A DNA stretch of 64,000 nt from Basidiobolus meristosporus CBS 931.73 (Eukaryota > Fungi > Basidiobolomycota): assembly GCA_002104905.1 (NCBI GenBank), contig MCFE01000129.1:1-64000 (forward strand), given 5' to 3'. The notes beneath the pieces were generated by a model. That model did not search any database. It was not told the origin of the DNA and saw only the letters and a list, made by a program, of their open reading frames with translations. Every line of letters begins with the position of its first letter. The first letter of the stretch is position 1. Below, one piece after another: positions 50,003-63,809 of this stretch. Both the position numbers and the translations under genes were made by a program.

Positions 50003-50772
50003 CTTATTGGCATTATATTTTCTTAATTCTTCATCCAGGAGCCTTCCATATATATAATTTAAGGTCAAATCTCCAGATCTGGACTCTAGGGCTGATACAA
50101 GGCCCTGAAACCTGTCTGTCAGGCTATTCAGGATGGTAACTATCACATCCTCATCAGTAGTGGGTATGCCCACAGATTCCATTTCATTTACCATCAGAGT
50201 AATTCTGTTTTTTAGATTTTGATTTCTTCTCCTGGCTGCATCTTTATAGTAAAGTATTTTGGTCTGAGATACAATGTCTTAGCAGCTGAACATGACTGGT
50301 AGGTGTCTTCTAATACCTTCCATGCATTCTTTGCCGCTTTTGCTCTTGAGCATTGGATTAGCAATTTGTCTTTAACATTAAGGCAAATGCAGTTAAAGGC
50401 ACCTTGTTCTTTCTTTGGATACTTAAAGGCTTCCTCTCCCATGTTTTTAGGTGGGCATTCTTCTCCCATGAAAATATCCCAAAGGCCTCATTCTTGTAGC
50501 AGCATCTTCATCTTTACCTTCCACACTTGGAAGTTAGATCCATCCAGCTTTCCAGCAGAGGGTAAGATTCCAGTAATAGCAGTAGTAAACATTGCAGAGA
50601 GTGACAGCTTGGGGCTCATAACCTGTTGTAAGAGTCTTGGCAATATTGGAAGTGTTTGGGAGGACAAGTAGACTATGTGGTTTTCACTTAATGATTAATG
50701 GAATGTAAAAGTAGTATTTATACTTCACATGGTCTTGGCATTACAAACATGTAGAATAGGTTAAGAAAGGTC

Positions 50773-51520
50773 TCTGGATGCAACAAGTCACTAATTTTTA
50801 TTATTAAAGCTCTGCCAAAGTATGCTGGGTTTCTCTTGGTCACAAGCCCATATCTACTCTATTCAGCACAGAGTTCATACAAATAAGAGCCAGAGCACAC
50901 CTATAAGGGGGACTAGAACTCAGCACAGAGAAGGAATATATTGGATAAATACCAAAAAGCTCTTTGCAGATAATCAGGAGGTAATCATGGCAGGAGTGAT
51001 GGCAACCAGGCATATGTTTACAAGATATATGCGTTAACAGCAAGACAAGGTATATTGCAAGTTTGCAAGTACCATGCTAAAAAGCTGTAAAGCTCAGGTG
51101 ATAGATCTATGTCAGTTGTGGCAGGTGTGCATATCTGTAGTGGTCAGTAAGCAGGAGGCCACAGTTTTTTTTGACTCAAACTACACATTGAAACTCAAGG
51201 TAGCAGTGAGTAAGCAAACAAAGAGGGGTAATTCTACAGTCAAATATATGAATTTTGCCTAGGGAGGTAGAAAAATGAAATATCACTTGGTAAATTGCTA
51301 CAGTAGCATTACACAGAACTAGCTGTAGGTTGCCATACTGCCATAATAGTGCCATTACAGGCTTGCAATGAGGCTGTTAAAACACCAGAAAGGTTTTGCC
51401 ATATAAGGCAATTGGATGTACTTGCTGGTTAGATCTACTCAAATAGCTGTACAGTGCACTATGACTGCAAAAATGCCATGACACTCCTGGCAAAACACCA
51501 TACAAACACCATTATGTTTT
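50773..51520 (+). mobile_element. CACTA-like transposase 3' fragment
   Basis: Reverse complement of ~57750-58490. Confidence 0.65.
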
Positions 51521-52119
51521 TTAATTTCATTTGGCTGTAAAGTTAGCCAACCACCATTGAGATCTCATCATAAAAATGTGTAGGTGGTCATTAATTCCAA
51601 GCTGTAAGTATTATAGTGGTCTTCTTTTAAGATATTGATGGCTGGTCCAGATCAGATCCACCCCCAGGACAATATTACATAGGGTCTCCACCTTATATGT
51701 AAAATGGAGTATTAAATTGATGCAGTAGTAGAATAGGTCTACATGATGAGCTTTATGCTTATAGTATAGCTACTCAATATCCTGAAACCAACCCCTTTCA
51801 TATATGCTCAAGATATTTCTGTCATGTTGTAACCCTAAGAAAAAAAATTGAGGAAAGGCAGCAAAATACCATCATGGAATCAGCTGAATTCCAAGTTTCT
51901 CCAAGTCAATAACTCTCAATATCTCTGCTCTTAGCTGATGGGCAGGCAAGAAAACAAGCTCTCCAGGAGGAGAATAAGCAAACTGGTATCCATTCAAGAT
52001 TTGGTAATTAGCTGCCCATTGCTTCCATCAAAAATTTAATTTGAAATTCTGAACCCAAAACACCAGCTGAATTCCAGCAAAATACCAATAGAACACCAGC
52101 AGAATACCAGATAAGAATC

Positions 52120-53790
52120 TGATGAGTTCCACCTGCAATGCCAACATATGATTCCCAATGCTTCCAATATGCTCTGGATAGGGATTGCATTAGAAGCCTA
52201 CTTGCATAAGTATATTACAAGTTTCTCCAATTCTTGCATTTGTACTGTTGCATATGCATATGAATCCTGATTGAAGTTTGTGAGAAATGTTTTGTGTAGC
52301 AAATACTATGCATTATCTTGCCAATTGTTTCAAATCTCTTTGATATTGCAATGGACTCATGAAGCTTAAGATGCCCCATATAAGCTGAATCCTTACTATA
52401 GGAATATTTTTGAAGAGCATATGAGTTGCTACCAGGGAATAGCCTTGCTCCAACATATTCCTATGGTATTTACTATCTTTAATTCTTGATTAATTCCATA
52501 TTCTGGCTAATAGCTTCTAGCTTGTCAGTATTGCTGCAATTACATGCTGACTTATGCCTATTCTTTCTGTGGCATGATGATGCTCTTAGTATATGTGATT
52601 AGAAGTAATAATGTTTGTAAGTTATGGAGTAAGCAACATGGAGCTCACAACTTTGACAGCAGCACCATCCATTTTACCCAGGAAAGCTAGTTTTATTGAT
52701 GATAGGTTTGGTATCACCAATGCTAATAATAATGTGTGCTATGAAATGATGATCTTTACCAATATCCTAATAGATAGCATACCAAAATCATCCAGTAACA
52801 GTTAACTATTTTGGTTTGTGGGATAAATAGCTTCAAATATTGGTGAGACAACCAACAGATTTTTGCTCTGATACTATGAGATTGGTGGCAGATGCAGGAT
52901 GATGAGAATCAGTGGCAATCAGGGTTTGCTGGCAGAGTACTTATTCAGTGAGATTCAATAAAGTGACAACGCAGAGGCATGCTTGATCATACCTTCAGAG
53001 TAGCCCTGACTTCTTGGTTGCTTGCAATATTTGCCATCAAATATGTTAGAAATGCTTATGCTTGATTGATATTGAGTGCAATATTTTAGAACTTCACATT
53101 ATTTATTGGAATGCATAGGCTTCCTTAAATGTGGTATTACAGGAATATATATGGATTGTGAACAATGTTTTCCACCTGTAGTAGTGGGTTCCTGAGAAGT
53201 TGGTTACCTTAGAATAGTGGAATTCTCTGATAGGAATGCTATGTATCTGTTCACACATGCTGCTATCTGGACTGACCTTAGGTCAATTGCTGCTAGCTGC
53301 ATGATGATTTTCCACTTGCAATAAGTATATGGCAGTTTGCATCCTGGAATAATTTTGACTAAAAGTCAAAGTAAGTCCTCAAAGCCTCCATTATTGATAT
53401 TAGTGGAAACATCTACTTCTCTGGCCAGATATCACATTGTTTGTCAGTAAATGGATTACTGGGCTCACTTGGCTCCATAAAGTATCCTTGGCATTTTCTT
53501 ACATTGGTGCTGTTGCATTCCATGTTGGGATTTTCCAAGCTCATGATTAGTACTGTTGCAAGAGGAGATAGGCAAATAATCCATCAGTGAGCCTTCTGTT
53601 TTAGAGCTATTGCTCTGCAGGCCATATGAGAAGGTGGAGGTGAGCCAAAAGGAGCCACAAACTCACCAAAATTGATTTGTACAATGTAACATGCACAGCT
53701 GGGTACTGAAGTAGAAGTATCAAGTGACAGGCACAGTATGGTTAGTAAAGTGCCCTGTGAGAAATTATGGTGATCATACCAACAAAAGGT
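52120..53790 (-). mobile_element. Decayed CACTA-like transposase (related subfamily)
   Basis: GATGAGAATCAGTGGC..GCTGGCAGAGTAC and TTGCCATCAAATAT are shared with ~60050-60200. Confidence 0.7.
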
Positions 53791-53819
53791 TGTCACAAAG
53801 CCAAAATTCAGTGACTAAG

Positions 53820-56800
53820 GGGTTATGATCCCATCAGGACACTGTGCACTAGCTTTAGTAGACTTTTTCTCTTTACCTTTATCTTTACCACTGCCAGGTT
53901 TCTGATTGCTACTCTAGCCAAGTCCCTCTTGTATTGCACTACATTTTTTCTGTAATTGATGTTGCACTTGTGCATCTGTTTATGCTTGCGTATCCCTTGC
54001 AAAAACTGTCTTGGCAATCTGTTGTTTTTTTGCTGCTTGTTTGGAGCTTTCAGCCCTACCTGCATACAAAAAATAATTTTGATAAGTGCCATCAATAGGC
54101 TGTTGCAAATTACAGTGCCATGATCAAGAGGTATTGATCTTGTTAGGACATGACTCAAACACCATTGAAAAATAGTTGTGCCAAAGGTCTTGCAAAAAAC
54201 TTGCTCCATATTTTCATTACAATTATACATAAGCAGCTTTTGATTGATCCTCTGCCTATTCTCACACTCTATGATTGTAGATACTCTGTCTCCTCCAATG
54301 CCTGAGTGAATGATTGGCTATTGCTTATTTCTTACACTCCTTACTTCCTGCTTCAACCAATTCTCTTACTTTTTTTGCATACAAATGGATTGATTTCTGT
54401 TGAAACTTTAGTTATACCCCAAATGTCAGTTGTATTTCCCTATAGAAGTCCTTATGCCCCACACTAAAAATAAGCCCAACCCTATACTCAACAAGCAACA
54501 ACATTAAGATCCAACATTCAATATATATTTCTGCTGGAATGCACTTTTCCCATGACTTTGGCTGGAACCCTGTGGCTTTATGCCATAGCTCATTCACTGA
54601 TTCCCATATGTCCTGGTCACCAGCTGGCATTGCAAGGTCCAGCACCTCATCTGCCAGTCTTTGCAATAAATCCTTGCAATATCAATTAATTTTTCTTGAG
54701 CACTGCTCTTGAGGAAGTGCTCCAACATCTTGGTATGCCTATTAGTGTTCCATAATTTGGCAATAGGCAGTGTGAAAGTTTATTGAGTTCTTGGCATTGT
54801 TGCTTTGTCTGTCAGTGGGATCACCACTATATACATTTTCCCCTTGGATTTATACACCACCAAAGTGGCTGGCTTTTATCACTGCCAGGTCCTTCACTGC
54901 TGCTTTGACTGAGTGCTTCTTGAATAGTACTAAGCTTTTTCCTTGACAAATGATATGCCGGTACATCTGTGTCTGCCTGTATGTCCCTGATTAGTGCTCT
55001 TTCAGCTACCTGACATCTCTTTGATGCTTGTGAGGAGCTTTTGGCCCTGCTTGTGACAAGCTCTTGAGGGAGCCGCTGGTTTTTAGCCATAGCACCCTTG
55101 CTCTTCTGCCTCTGATAGTGTCTGCTATTCTTAAGACACTTTCTTAGCATACCTAAGCTGGACCAAGATCTATCTGATTCCATGAATCTAGGATAATGCT
55201 CATTGAGCAAGTCAATTACATTCTGCTTGGCTTTGAATTCCTGATGGTTCCATGGTATGCCAGCCTCAAGGAGATGCTGTACTAGGCTTCTAAAACCCTC
55301 TTGAATATATGCTCACTCTTCATAATTGCACTCATCAGCTTCATGGCTTGTTTGGTTGGGAGCTATATAAGTTTACTCTATTTTTTGGCAGCATATATAT
55401 GGAGTTGAGTCCAATCAACAGGGAAATATTGTTACATCTACAGATATACGTGGTGCCACAAATCTATTTATTGTGCTTAATATAGCAGGTTATCAATGAA
55501 TCTTACATTCATGTATGTGCAATGTATTGAATGCACAACTGTCTTATATTGACACAATTATTGACAAAAAAGTGATATAATAGAGTTACATTATTGAGTG
55601 TTAAATTGTTTACCCCATGGAGAAGACTACATTGATTTAACACCATAAGAGAAGAGAAAAAAGAACATGTGTCTATTTCAATATGCCTTTCAGCCACAAA
55701 GTATGAAGAGAGCATAGGAAGTATCCCCGGGATGATGGAAAGTTTTTCCCACACTAGTCATATTTTCACATTCACCAGTCATTATTGTACCAACAATATC
55801 TTGCCTTCCTTTTGATACTGCAATAATGGCATGTAGCTGTACTTAGCACCTTGCTCAAACTGAGTAAGATGAATTTGTGGGATGCTTAGGCTAGCATCAG
55901 CCTTCTGAATATAGCATGCAGTGTGGTAGCTCAGAAGAAAATGACTCCCCATTAGATTGTGAGCCTATCTCCCTCAAAAGCAGTATCCTGCATAAGGCTG
56001 GCCAAATTCCAACATGCAATGAGACAACTCCTGTAGAAAGAATGCCAAGGATAGTACATGGTGTCAAGTGACACCAGTAATCTATCAACTGGTCAATGAT
56101 GTGATATTATGGCCAGAGACATGATGTGTTTTTGCAATTATCAGTCATGGGGGCTTTGAGGACTACTTTTTGCCAAAATCATTTTGTGACCCAACTTACC
56201 ATGTAGATGGCACAAAAAGATATCTATCATGCAGCTGGCAACATATCACCCAGACACTGATCAGATACTGGCATTTGTTAGCAGTTGCATGGTATACAGA
56301 TCCAAAAATGTCACAATTGTAAGGCTTCCAACTTGTCAGAAATCCACCACCATTGAGCAAAAAAATTGCTCACAATGTGGATATATACAGGTAATACTCA
56401 ATCCAAAGAGTCTTAAACAGTCCAACAAATACTGTGAATCTATAAACGACTGCACTCAGTACCAACTGTGGGCAAACCTATCTGATATATTTGATGGTAA
56501 ATATTACAAACAACTAGAAAACAAGGGCTACTTTGTAGGTACCTATGTTCATGCATATGCTTTGCCACTTGAGGGATTCTCAGTACACAAGTACTCTACC
56601 AGCAGATCCTGCTGACCACCAATTCATTTCAACCCTTAACCTGCCACCTACTCTATAGTATCAGAGCAGAAGTGTCATGGTAGTCTTACTTGTATCTAGG
56701 CCTAAATCTCCGTCCAACCTGGACAGCTACATGTATCCATTGCTGGCTTAATTTGTATACTTTCCAGCAGGATAACAGTAAATGGACATCATGTAAAAGT

Positions 56801-57500
56801 GCATATTGTTAGCTGCATTGGAGATACACCAGCCATTAGCAATATAGCTGGACTCTGTGGGCACAATGGATGGTATTGCTGCCAAATATAAGAGATCCAG
56901 TTGATATACTCCTTAACTCATGCACATTTTTGTAATCCAGACACCTACACTAAGAATAGCTTCTTTCCATAGTGAGAATATACAGAAGCTTGTATGCAAT
57001 TGCAGCAGAGTTGCCAAACTGTAAGCCATTGACCAGAATTTAAACTAATTCAATACCATCAATACTTAAGATTTTGGGTATCTGTTGGAGCAAAAGCTTT
57101 CCACTGAGAGCAATGCATCTGCTTTTGGTATTATCCCTATATCAATGATGAAGTTGAATATAGAGCATCTCAGTTGGAATGCACCCTTTTGATACTAAGA
57201 AAATTGAAAAAATTCACAAGATATTGCAGAGTATCTTCTAGCCAAATTACTTCTCATGGGCTTCATTCAGTATTCATATGCATATGCAACTATACAAATG
57301 CAAGGACTAAATGAGCTGGACATGTACGTATTCAAACAGCCTTCTGAAGTCATATCTACCAAGAATACACTGGATTCAATGGGAGTCTTTTTTCAAAATT
57401 TAAGGAATACTTATTTAGAAGAGGATCACCATTGCCACCTTAAATCTTCTATAGCTTTATACAAGGAGTTTGTTATTGGATTTGAATAGCTTTACTGACA
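53820..57500. mobile_element. CACTA-like copy: accessory gene (-, to ~55400) and transposase (+, ~55680-57490)
   Basis: LSDIFDGKYYKQLENKGYF..YALPLEGFSVHKYSTSRSC (ORF 56229-56615). Same divergent layout as the other copies. Confidence 0.78.
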
Positions 57501-57515
57501 CTAAAAAGCCATTGT

Positions 57516-57745
57516 TGTAGGGTCAAAGTGACACCCACTGACAGATGTGCCCATTCCCATATCTTTTACTTCCCTATTTCTCTACTACCCTTATTTTGAT
57601 TTACCCTACTTGTCTTATCTGATCAGTACCATCCATCAAGCTGGTCAACTACGACACCCACTTATTTATGCGTATGTTATCCCTCAACTTATGTAAGATT
57701 TCTAAGTGTAGGTGCTTCTGCATTAGGGAGGTACCTGCACCAGGA
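57516..57745. repeat. 5' fragment of LTR family B1
   Basis: TGTAGGG..AGTGACACCCACTGACAGATGTGC matches 33448 onward. Confidence 0.75.
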
Positions 57746-60700
57746 CCTATGGCATTAAGGGATAAAACCTGACAATATTTTATAGATGCTGTAACAATAT
57801 TTGCATGGTATTGTTGCGGTCTTTCAGCACTCTATAACTACTTTAAGTGGATCCAGTAAGCCAGGACACCTAATTGCCTTATATGGCAAGAAATGGACGG
57901 CATTTTGATGGCCTCATAGTGTGACTCTGATGGCATTATATTGGTAGTATGACAGCCTACCGCTGGTTCTGTATAATGCTAATGTACCAATTTACCCAAT
58001 GGTATTTCCTTTTTCTACCTGCCCTTGTGCAATTCATATATTCCACTGTAGAATCACCTTTCTTTGTTTACTTACCCATTACTACCTTGTGTATTCCACA
58101 TATAGTTAGAATCAAAAAAAAACAACAGCCTCCTGCTTACTAATCTCTATAAACATGCATACCTGCTGCAATTGACATACTTCTATCACCTCAACTTTAT
58201 GGCTTTTTAGTGTGATACTTGCAAAGTTGCCATACATCTTGTACTGCTGGTAACATATACATCTTGCCAACATATGTTTGGTTGTTGCCACTTCTGCCAT
58301 GAATACCTCCTGAATATCCGCAAAGAACCTCTTGGTATTTTATCAATATATTCCTTCTCCCTGCTGGATTCTAGTCCCTCTTATAGGTGCGCTCTGGCTT
58401 TTGTTTGTGTGAATTCTGTATTCAATGTATAGAAGTTAGCTTGTGACCACAAGAAATCCAGCATATCTTGGTGGAGTTTTCCTGTTAAAAATTGGTTGCT
58501 TGTTGTACCCAACCCAACTTTGAATTACTTAACTGATTACCCACTCATTGGGGCAGCTTAGCTTCTTGATGGCATAGGCATAAGTGTCTCCAGGCATAGG
58601 TGTCTCCATGTGCACATTTGTCCTCAGTATTCTCCAACTCTTTCTGGCTGTCCTCCATGTGCCAACTCATCACATCCATGACAGACATGAAGGTAATATT
58701 GCTGATGAGAATGGGATATCATAGTACCTGCAACTTGATTTGTCTTCCTATCTCCCCATACTTCTGCTCCCCAGGAAACTCCTAAAAGTTGAAGCAAGGC
58801 CCAATAGTTTCCACACACTGTGCAAGATGAAGTAGAGAATGGATACAGTAGCAGCAGAGATCTACATGTTTAGCTTTATGTTTGTAGTATAGCCACTCAA
58901 ATCCTGTTGCAAACTCCTCACAGAACAGCTGTAGATGTGTCAAGTTGGCAATGGTGATCTGCTTCTGGATAAGTATTCCTATAATGTCCACATATGACTC
59001 CCAATGCTTCTAATGTACTCCTGAAAGATGGCTTCAGAACACCACTTGAATAAATACAAGTCCATTTCATCCAGTCTTTGCATTTGTATTGTTGCATGTG
59101 CATATGTATATTAATTGAAGCCCATGAGAAGTACTAGGAGTGGTGGATACTCTGCAATATCTTGCCATTCTTTCAGATTTCACCGGTATCTCAAAGGGCT
59201 CATTTAGCTTGAAATGTCCCGTGCACAACTTGGTCATCAGTATAGTGATATTGTTGAAAGCAAATGCATTGCTCACAGTGGAAAGCTTTTGCTCCAACAG
59301 ATACTCACTGTACACACAGTAGGAATTGCTTAAGAAGGCCCCTTGATTAAATGCATATCCAGTTCATCCAGTCCCTGCACTTGTATCATTGTATATGTTT
59401 ATGAGTGCTGATTGTAGCCTGTGGGAAGTACTTACGGTAGGGGACACTCCAGAATATCTTGCCAAGTCATTCAAATTTCTCCGGTATCTCAAAGTGTTCA
59501 TTTAGCTTGAAATGCCCCATGTACAACTTGGTTGTTAATATAGGGGTACTGTTGAAAAGCAAACGCATTGCTCCCAGTGGAAAGCTTTTGCTCCAACAGA
59601 TACCCTCTATCTTAAGTATCTCTGGTTTCTGATTGATTGTATAAACTGGCTAATGGCTTACAGCTTGCCAACTTTACTGCAATTGTAGGCTTACTTCTGT
59701 ATATTCTCTCTGTGGAAGGATGATGTATTAGTGCTGGTGTTTGGGTAATAATAATGTGTGTGAGTTATGGAGTAAATCTCCTGGATCTCACACATTAGAC
59801 AGCAATACAGTCCATTGTGCCCAGAAGAACCTGCTATCTTGCTGATGGCTGGTGTATCTCCCATGCAGATAATAATATGCACTTTTACATGATGGCCATT
59901 TACTGTTATCCTGCTGGAAAGCATACAAAAATCATCCAGCAAAGGATACAGGTTGCTATCCAGGTTGGATGGTAATTTGGGCCCAGATACCAGTGAGACT
60001 ACCATCAGCTTATTGCTTTGATATTGTATGATGGGTGGCAGATTCAGATTGATGAGAATCAGTGGCCAGCAGGATTTGCTGGTAGAGTACTTGTTTAATG
60101 AGAATCCATCAAGTGCTAAAGCAAGGGCATGGTCATACATACCTTTAAAGCAGCCCATGCTTCTTAGCTGTTTGTATTGTTTGCCATCAAATATATTGGA
60201 TACATTTGCACTTGATTGATACTGGGTGCAGTACTATATACCTTTGCAATATTTGTTGGATTGTATGAGCTTCTTCAGACAGGGTATGACTGGAATATAT
60301 CCAGAGTGTGAACAATATGTTTTCCCTCAATGGTGGTGGATTCCTCACAATTAGGACATGCTGCAATGGTAGCATTTCTGGATGTGAATGCCAATCAACT
60401 GTTAAGACATGCTGGAATCACCACAGTCTCAGGATCATATGTTGCCAGCCACATGATGGTTGTCCACTTGTGCCATGTACATGGTAAGTTGCATCCCAGT
60501 ATGATTTTGGCAGGAAGCAGTATTAAAACCTTAGAGCACCCATTACTGATATTAGAGGAAACATGCCACTTCTCTAGCCACAACATTACATCATTCACCA
60601 TTAGATGAATTCCTTGGCATTTGCTTCAATGGGTGTTGTCTTATTGCATATTAGGACTTTGCTGGGCTCATATATGGTACTGTTGTTAGGGAAGATAGGC

Positions 60701-63130
60701 TCAAAATCCATCAGTTAACCTTCTTTGTCAGAGCTATCACTCTGCATGCCATATTCAGAAGGCTGAGGTGAGCCTAATGGCATCACAAACTTACCTGACT
60801 CAGTTTGCGCAAGGTGACAAAGACAGCCAGGTGCCAACATAGAAGTATCATCTGGCTGGCAAGATGATTGTGGTACAGTAATGGCCAATGAATGGTCAAA
60901 TATGACTTGGGTGGCAAAATGCTGGCAGTGATCCTTGTAATACTTCCTATGCTGTCTGCATGCTTAACAGCTGAGAGGCTTGTCACAATAGCCATATGGT
61001 CTTTTTTTTCATCTCTTATGGTGTAGAGCCAAAGTAGTCCTGTCCATAGTGCAAACAGTTTGACCTTCAACAACATAACGCTATTATATCACTTTTTGGT
61101 CAATATTCATGTGAACTTAAGACAGTCTTGTATAGACACATTGCACCTACATGAATGTAAGATTCAATGATGACCTGCCATGGTAAGCATTATAAGTAAA
61201 GTTGTGGCACCACATACACACATTTATGTAACACTATTTCACCTTTGGTCTGACTCACTTCCATATGTATGCTGCCAAAAAAAAAGCAAAGTTGTCTGGT
61301 TTTCAACTAAACCCCACCACTGATGGCAACAGAAGAATGCTTGGACAACAGCTTTCTTTGACATTCAGTGCAACAAGGAGGGTTACATCCAAAAAAGGCT
61401 CTGTGGACAGTGTGCCCATTGAAGGTAATAATGCAGACTCCTCAGGCTCTCAGTCAAGTAGGCAATTGAGAACCTATATAGGGCCACAAGCTGACCATTA
61501 TGGTCAGGCAGATGAGAATGTAGCAAACGCAGTACCCTCAGTTAAAGATTGGCAAGTGGCCATGATAACATCACCACCACCCATATTAGCAAGTATGTTA
61601 TCCGGTCATACTAAAGCATTAGTGAAGCCATTAGGTGCAGTGGCTGATAAGATAGATGCAATGGCTCAGAGAAATTAGGAAATAGTCCACAAACTGGATG
61701 AGCTGATAATATGTGTAGAGCAATCAATATCCCAGGTAGAGAAAGCAGTATTGTTCCTGCAAAGAAGGAACTCAAATAGATCAATGTCACAGCCAAGAAT
61801 TAAGCTATTTCCCAATGTAGCAGCAGAGGAACACTGTCACAACTAGGGTTGAGAGCTCAAAACAAGCTGAAAAGAAATATCAGGTTGCCAGAAGAGTGCC
61901 AGCAAGGGACAAGCAGGTTAAAACAGATGCGTCAGAGCAGAATTTATCCAGGAGAAAACATAGTTCTTTGCAAGAAGCACTCATACAAAGTAGCAGTGAA
62001 AGACCTGACGGTGATAAAGGAAAAGGTAAAGGGAAAAATGTCTACCCAAGCCTGAGACAGGGAGGCATACAAAAAAAACTGCAATTCTTGCCAATTAATC
62101 TCACAAGCCAGGAACCAACTGAATCCCATCATAACCTAGAATATTTAACAACAAGAAAACAGCTGTTTTTACAAGAGTTGGATGTGCAGCCAGTTGAGCT
62201 ACACTCCAGCAAGGTAGATGAATTTGCTGAAAAAAGGCAATTTGTCTACCACATCATCCACAGCCTCCACAGCCTCCATTGTTGACAGAGTGGAGATCTC
62301 ACTAACAGACAGGGCAACATTGTCAAGAGCTTGAAAGACTATCACAATGCATTCAGTGGAGCTTTGGAACCTCAACAGGCACACCAAGAGGTTGCAGCAC
62401 TTCTTTAAGAGCAGTGCTCAAGAAAATGCGCTGGAATATTGCAAGGATTTATTGCAAAGACTAGCAGATGAGGAGCTAGACCTTGCAGTGCCAGCTGAAG
62501 ACTAGGACATGTGGGAACCAGTGAGTGAATGGTGGCATAAAGCCATTGTGTTCCTGCCAAAGTTGTGGAACCAAAGCATTACAGCAGAAATACTTATTGA
62601 GTGGTAGATTTAATGGAGTTACTTGTTGAGTGTAGGGTTGGGCTTAATGTTAGTATAGGGTATGGAGACTTGCATAGGTCAAAGCAATTGACAATTGAGG
62701 TACAACTGAGGTTTCAACGGAAATAAATTAATCTGTATGAATAAAAAATATGAGAAACGCTTGAGTGAGGAAATAAGGAGTGCGAAAAAGAGGCAATTAC
62801 CAATCATTTCACACAAATGTAGGAGGCAACTGGAGTTTCAACAGAAATAAGTCAATTTGTATGCATAAAAAGTAAGAGAAACAGCCAAGTCAGGAAGTAA
62901 GGAGGGTAAAAAAAGGGATAATAGCCAATCAATGTACACAAACATAGAAAATAATCAAGTGTTTGGGATCAAGAAGAGAGCAAATTGGCAGGGAACCAAT
63001 CAAAAGTCAATTATACATTATTGTGATGAGAAATTTTGACTAATTTTGTTGTGAAATCTGGGGTGCAATTATTTTTCAATGGTCTCTGAATAGTGTCCTG
63101 ACAAGATTAGTACCTCTTAGTCACACAACT
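57746..63130. mobile_element. Most complete CACTA-like (Transposase_21) copy: transposase (-, ~60995 to ~57800) and accessory gene (+, ~61265-62730)
   Basis: ORF 59691-60158: LALDGF..CWPLILINLNLPP..GPKLPSNLDSNLYPLLDDF..GDTPAISKIAGSSGHNGLYCCLMCEI. No termini identified. Confidence 0.85.
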
Positions 63131-63149
63131 TTCTCTTTTAATGGGATTA

Positions 63150-63809
63150 TCTCAATAATTTTTTGTTGGATACTGGCATATACCTAGAAAATTCTTGGAA
63201 CATTCTGGTCTCATTTAGAGTTCTATTGACATCTGGAACCTTCTAGAACACCATGATTAGTAATCACTTAATTAATGAGAAAAGCGTATAAGGAGGATAA
63301 TTCCTCAACAATGATTCATCATCCCTTTTATCAATATACCAACTGGTTGAATTAGTGGGATCACTGCTGCCTGCTGCTAAATGACCTTCCAGTCTCAGAT
63401 CTTAGGACACACACAGGACACCATGCTGACACCCAACTGACCTCTGAGGCACTACTTGTAAGGAATACTCAGAGTAAGTATTTTATTATCTTTATTTCTT
63501 TGCCAAGTCCGTTCTTGTACAGGCAAAGCTGCTTTTCTGTCTTCGTAACTATTAACCACAGCTGCATTCTTATCAGGTCCCCGATGGTGTATTTTACAGT
63601 GGTTTTGATTTTAGAAGGTAAAGTAAATTATCATCTCGGAGGATACTGAACCCAGCACATACATTTGTCCAGGCACCAACTAAGCTGGGGATTGTAGCTC
63701 AATAGTTTTCCCTTCACATGCTTGTGACTTTATTACCCTTCAGCTTAGAATAGAGTCAAAACCAAGTATTCCTAGAAAGCTTTTATCAAAGATTTTTGTA
63801 CCTAGTAAA
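63150..63809. repeat. Internal/3' part of LTR family B1
   Basis: Collinear with ~33800-34440. Cut at 63810 by H4. Confidence 0.78.

Larger units (their letters stand above)
41497..50772 (-). mobile_element. Older copia copy (3' LTR 41497-41846; PBS 50612-50623; 5' LTR truncated 50624-50772), interrupted in gag
   Basis: RNase H, RT, integrase and protease ORF pieces at 41819-44946 and gag pieces at 49991-50469. Interrupted by 45023-49710 and ~49730-50002. Confidence 0.92.

Noticed and set aside
17978-63130. Classical RIP (CpA to TpA) as the decay mechanism
   Set aside because: CA and TG remain abundant and the lost dinucleotide is CG. Indices were not computed, so a minor contribution is not excluded.
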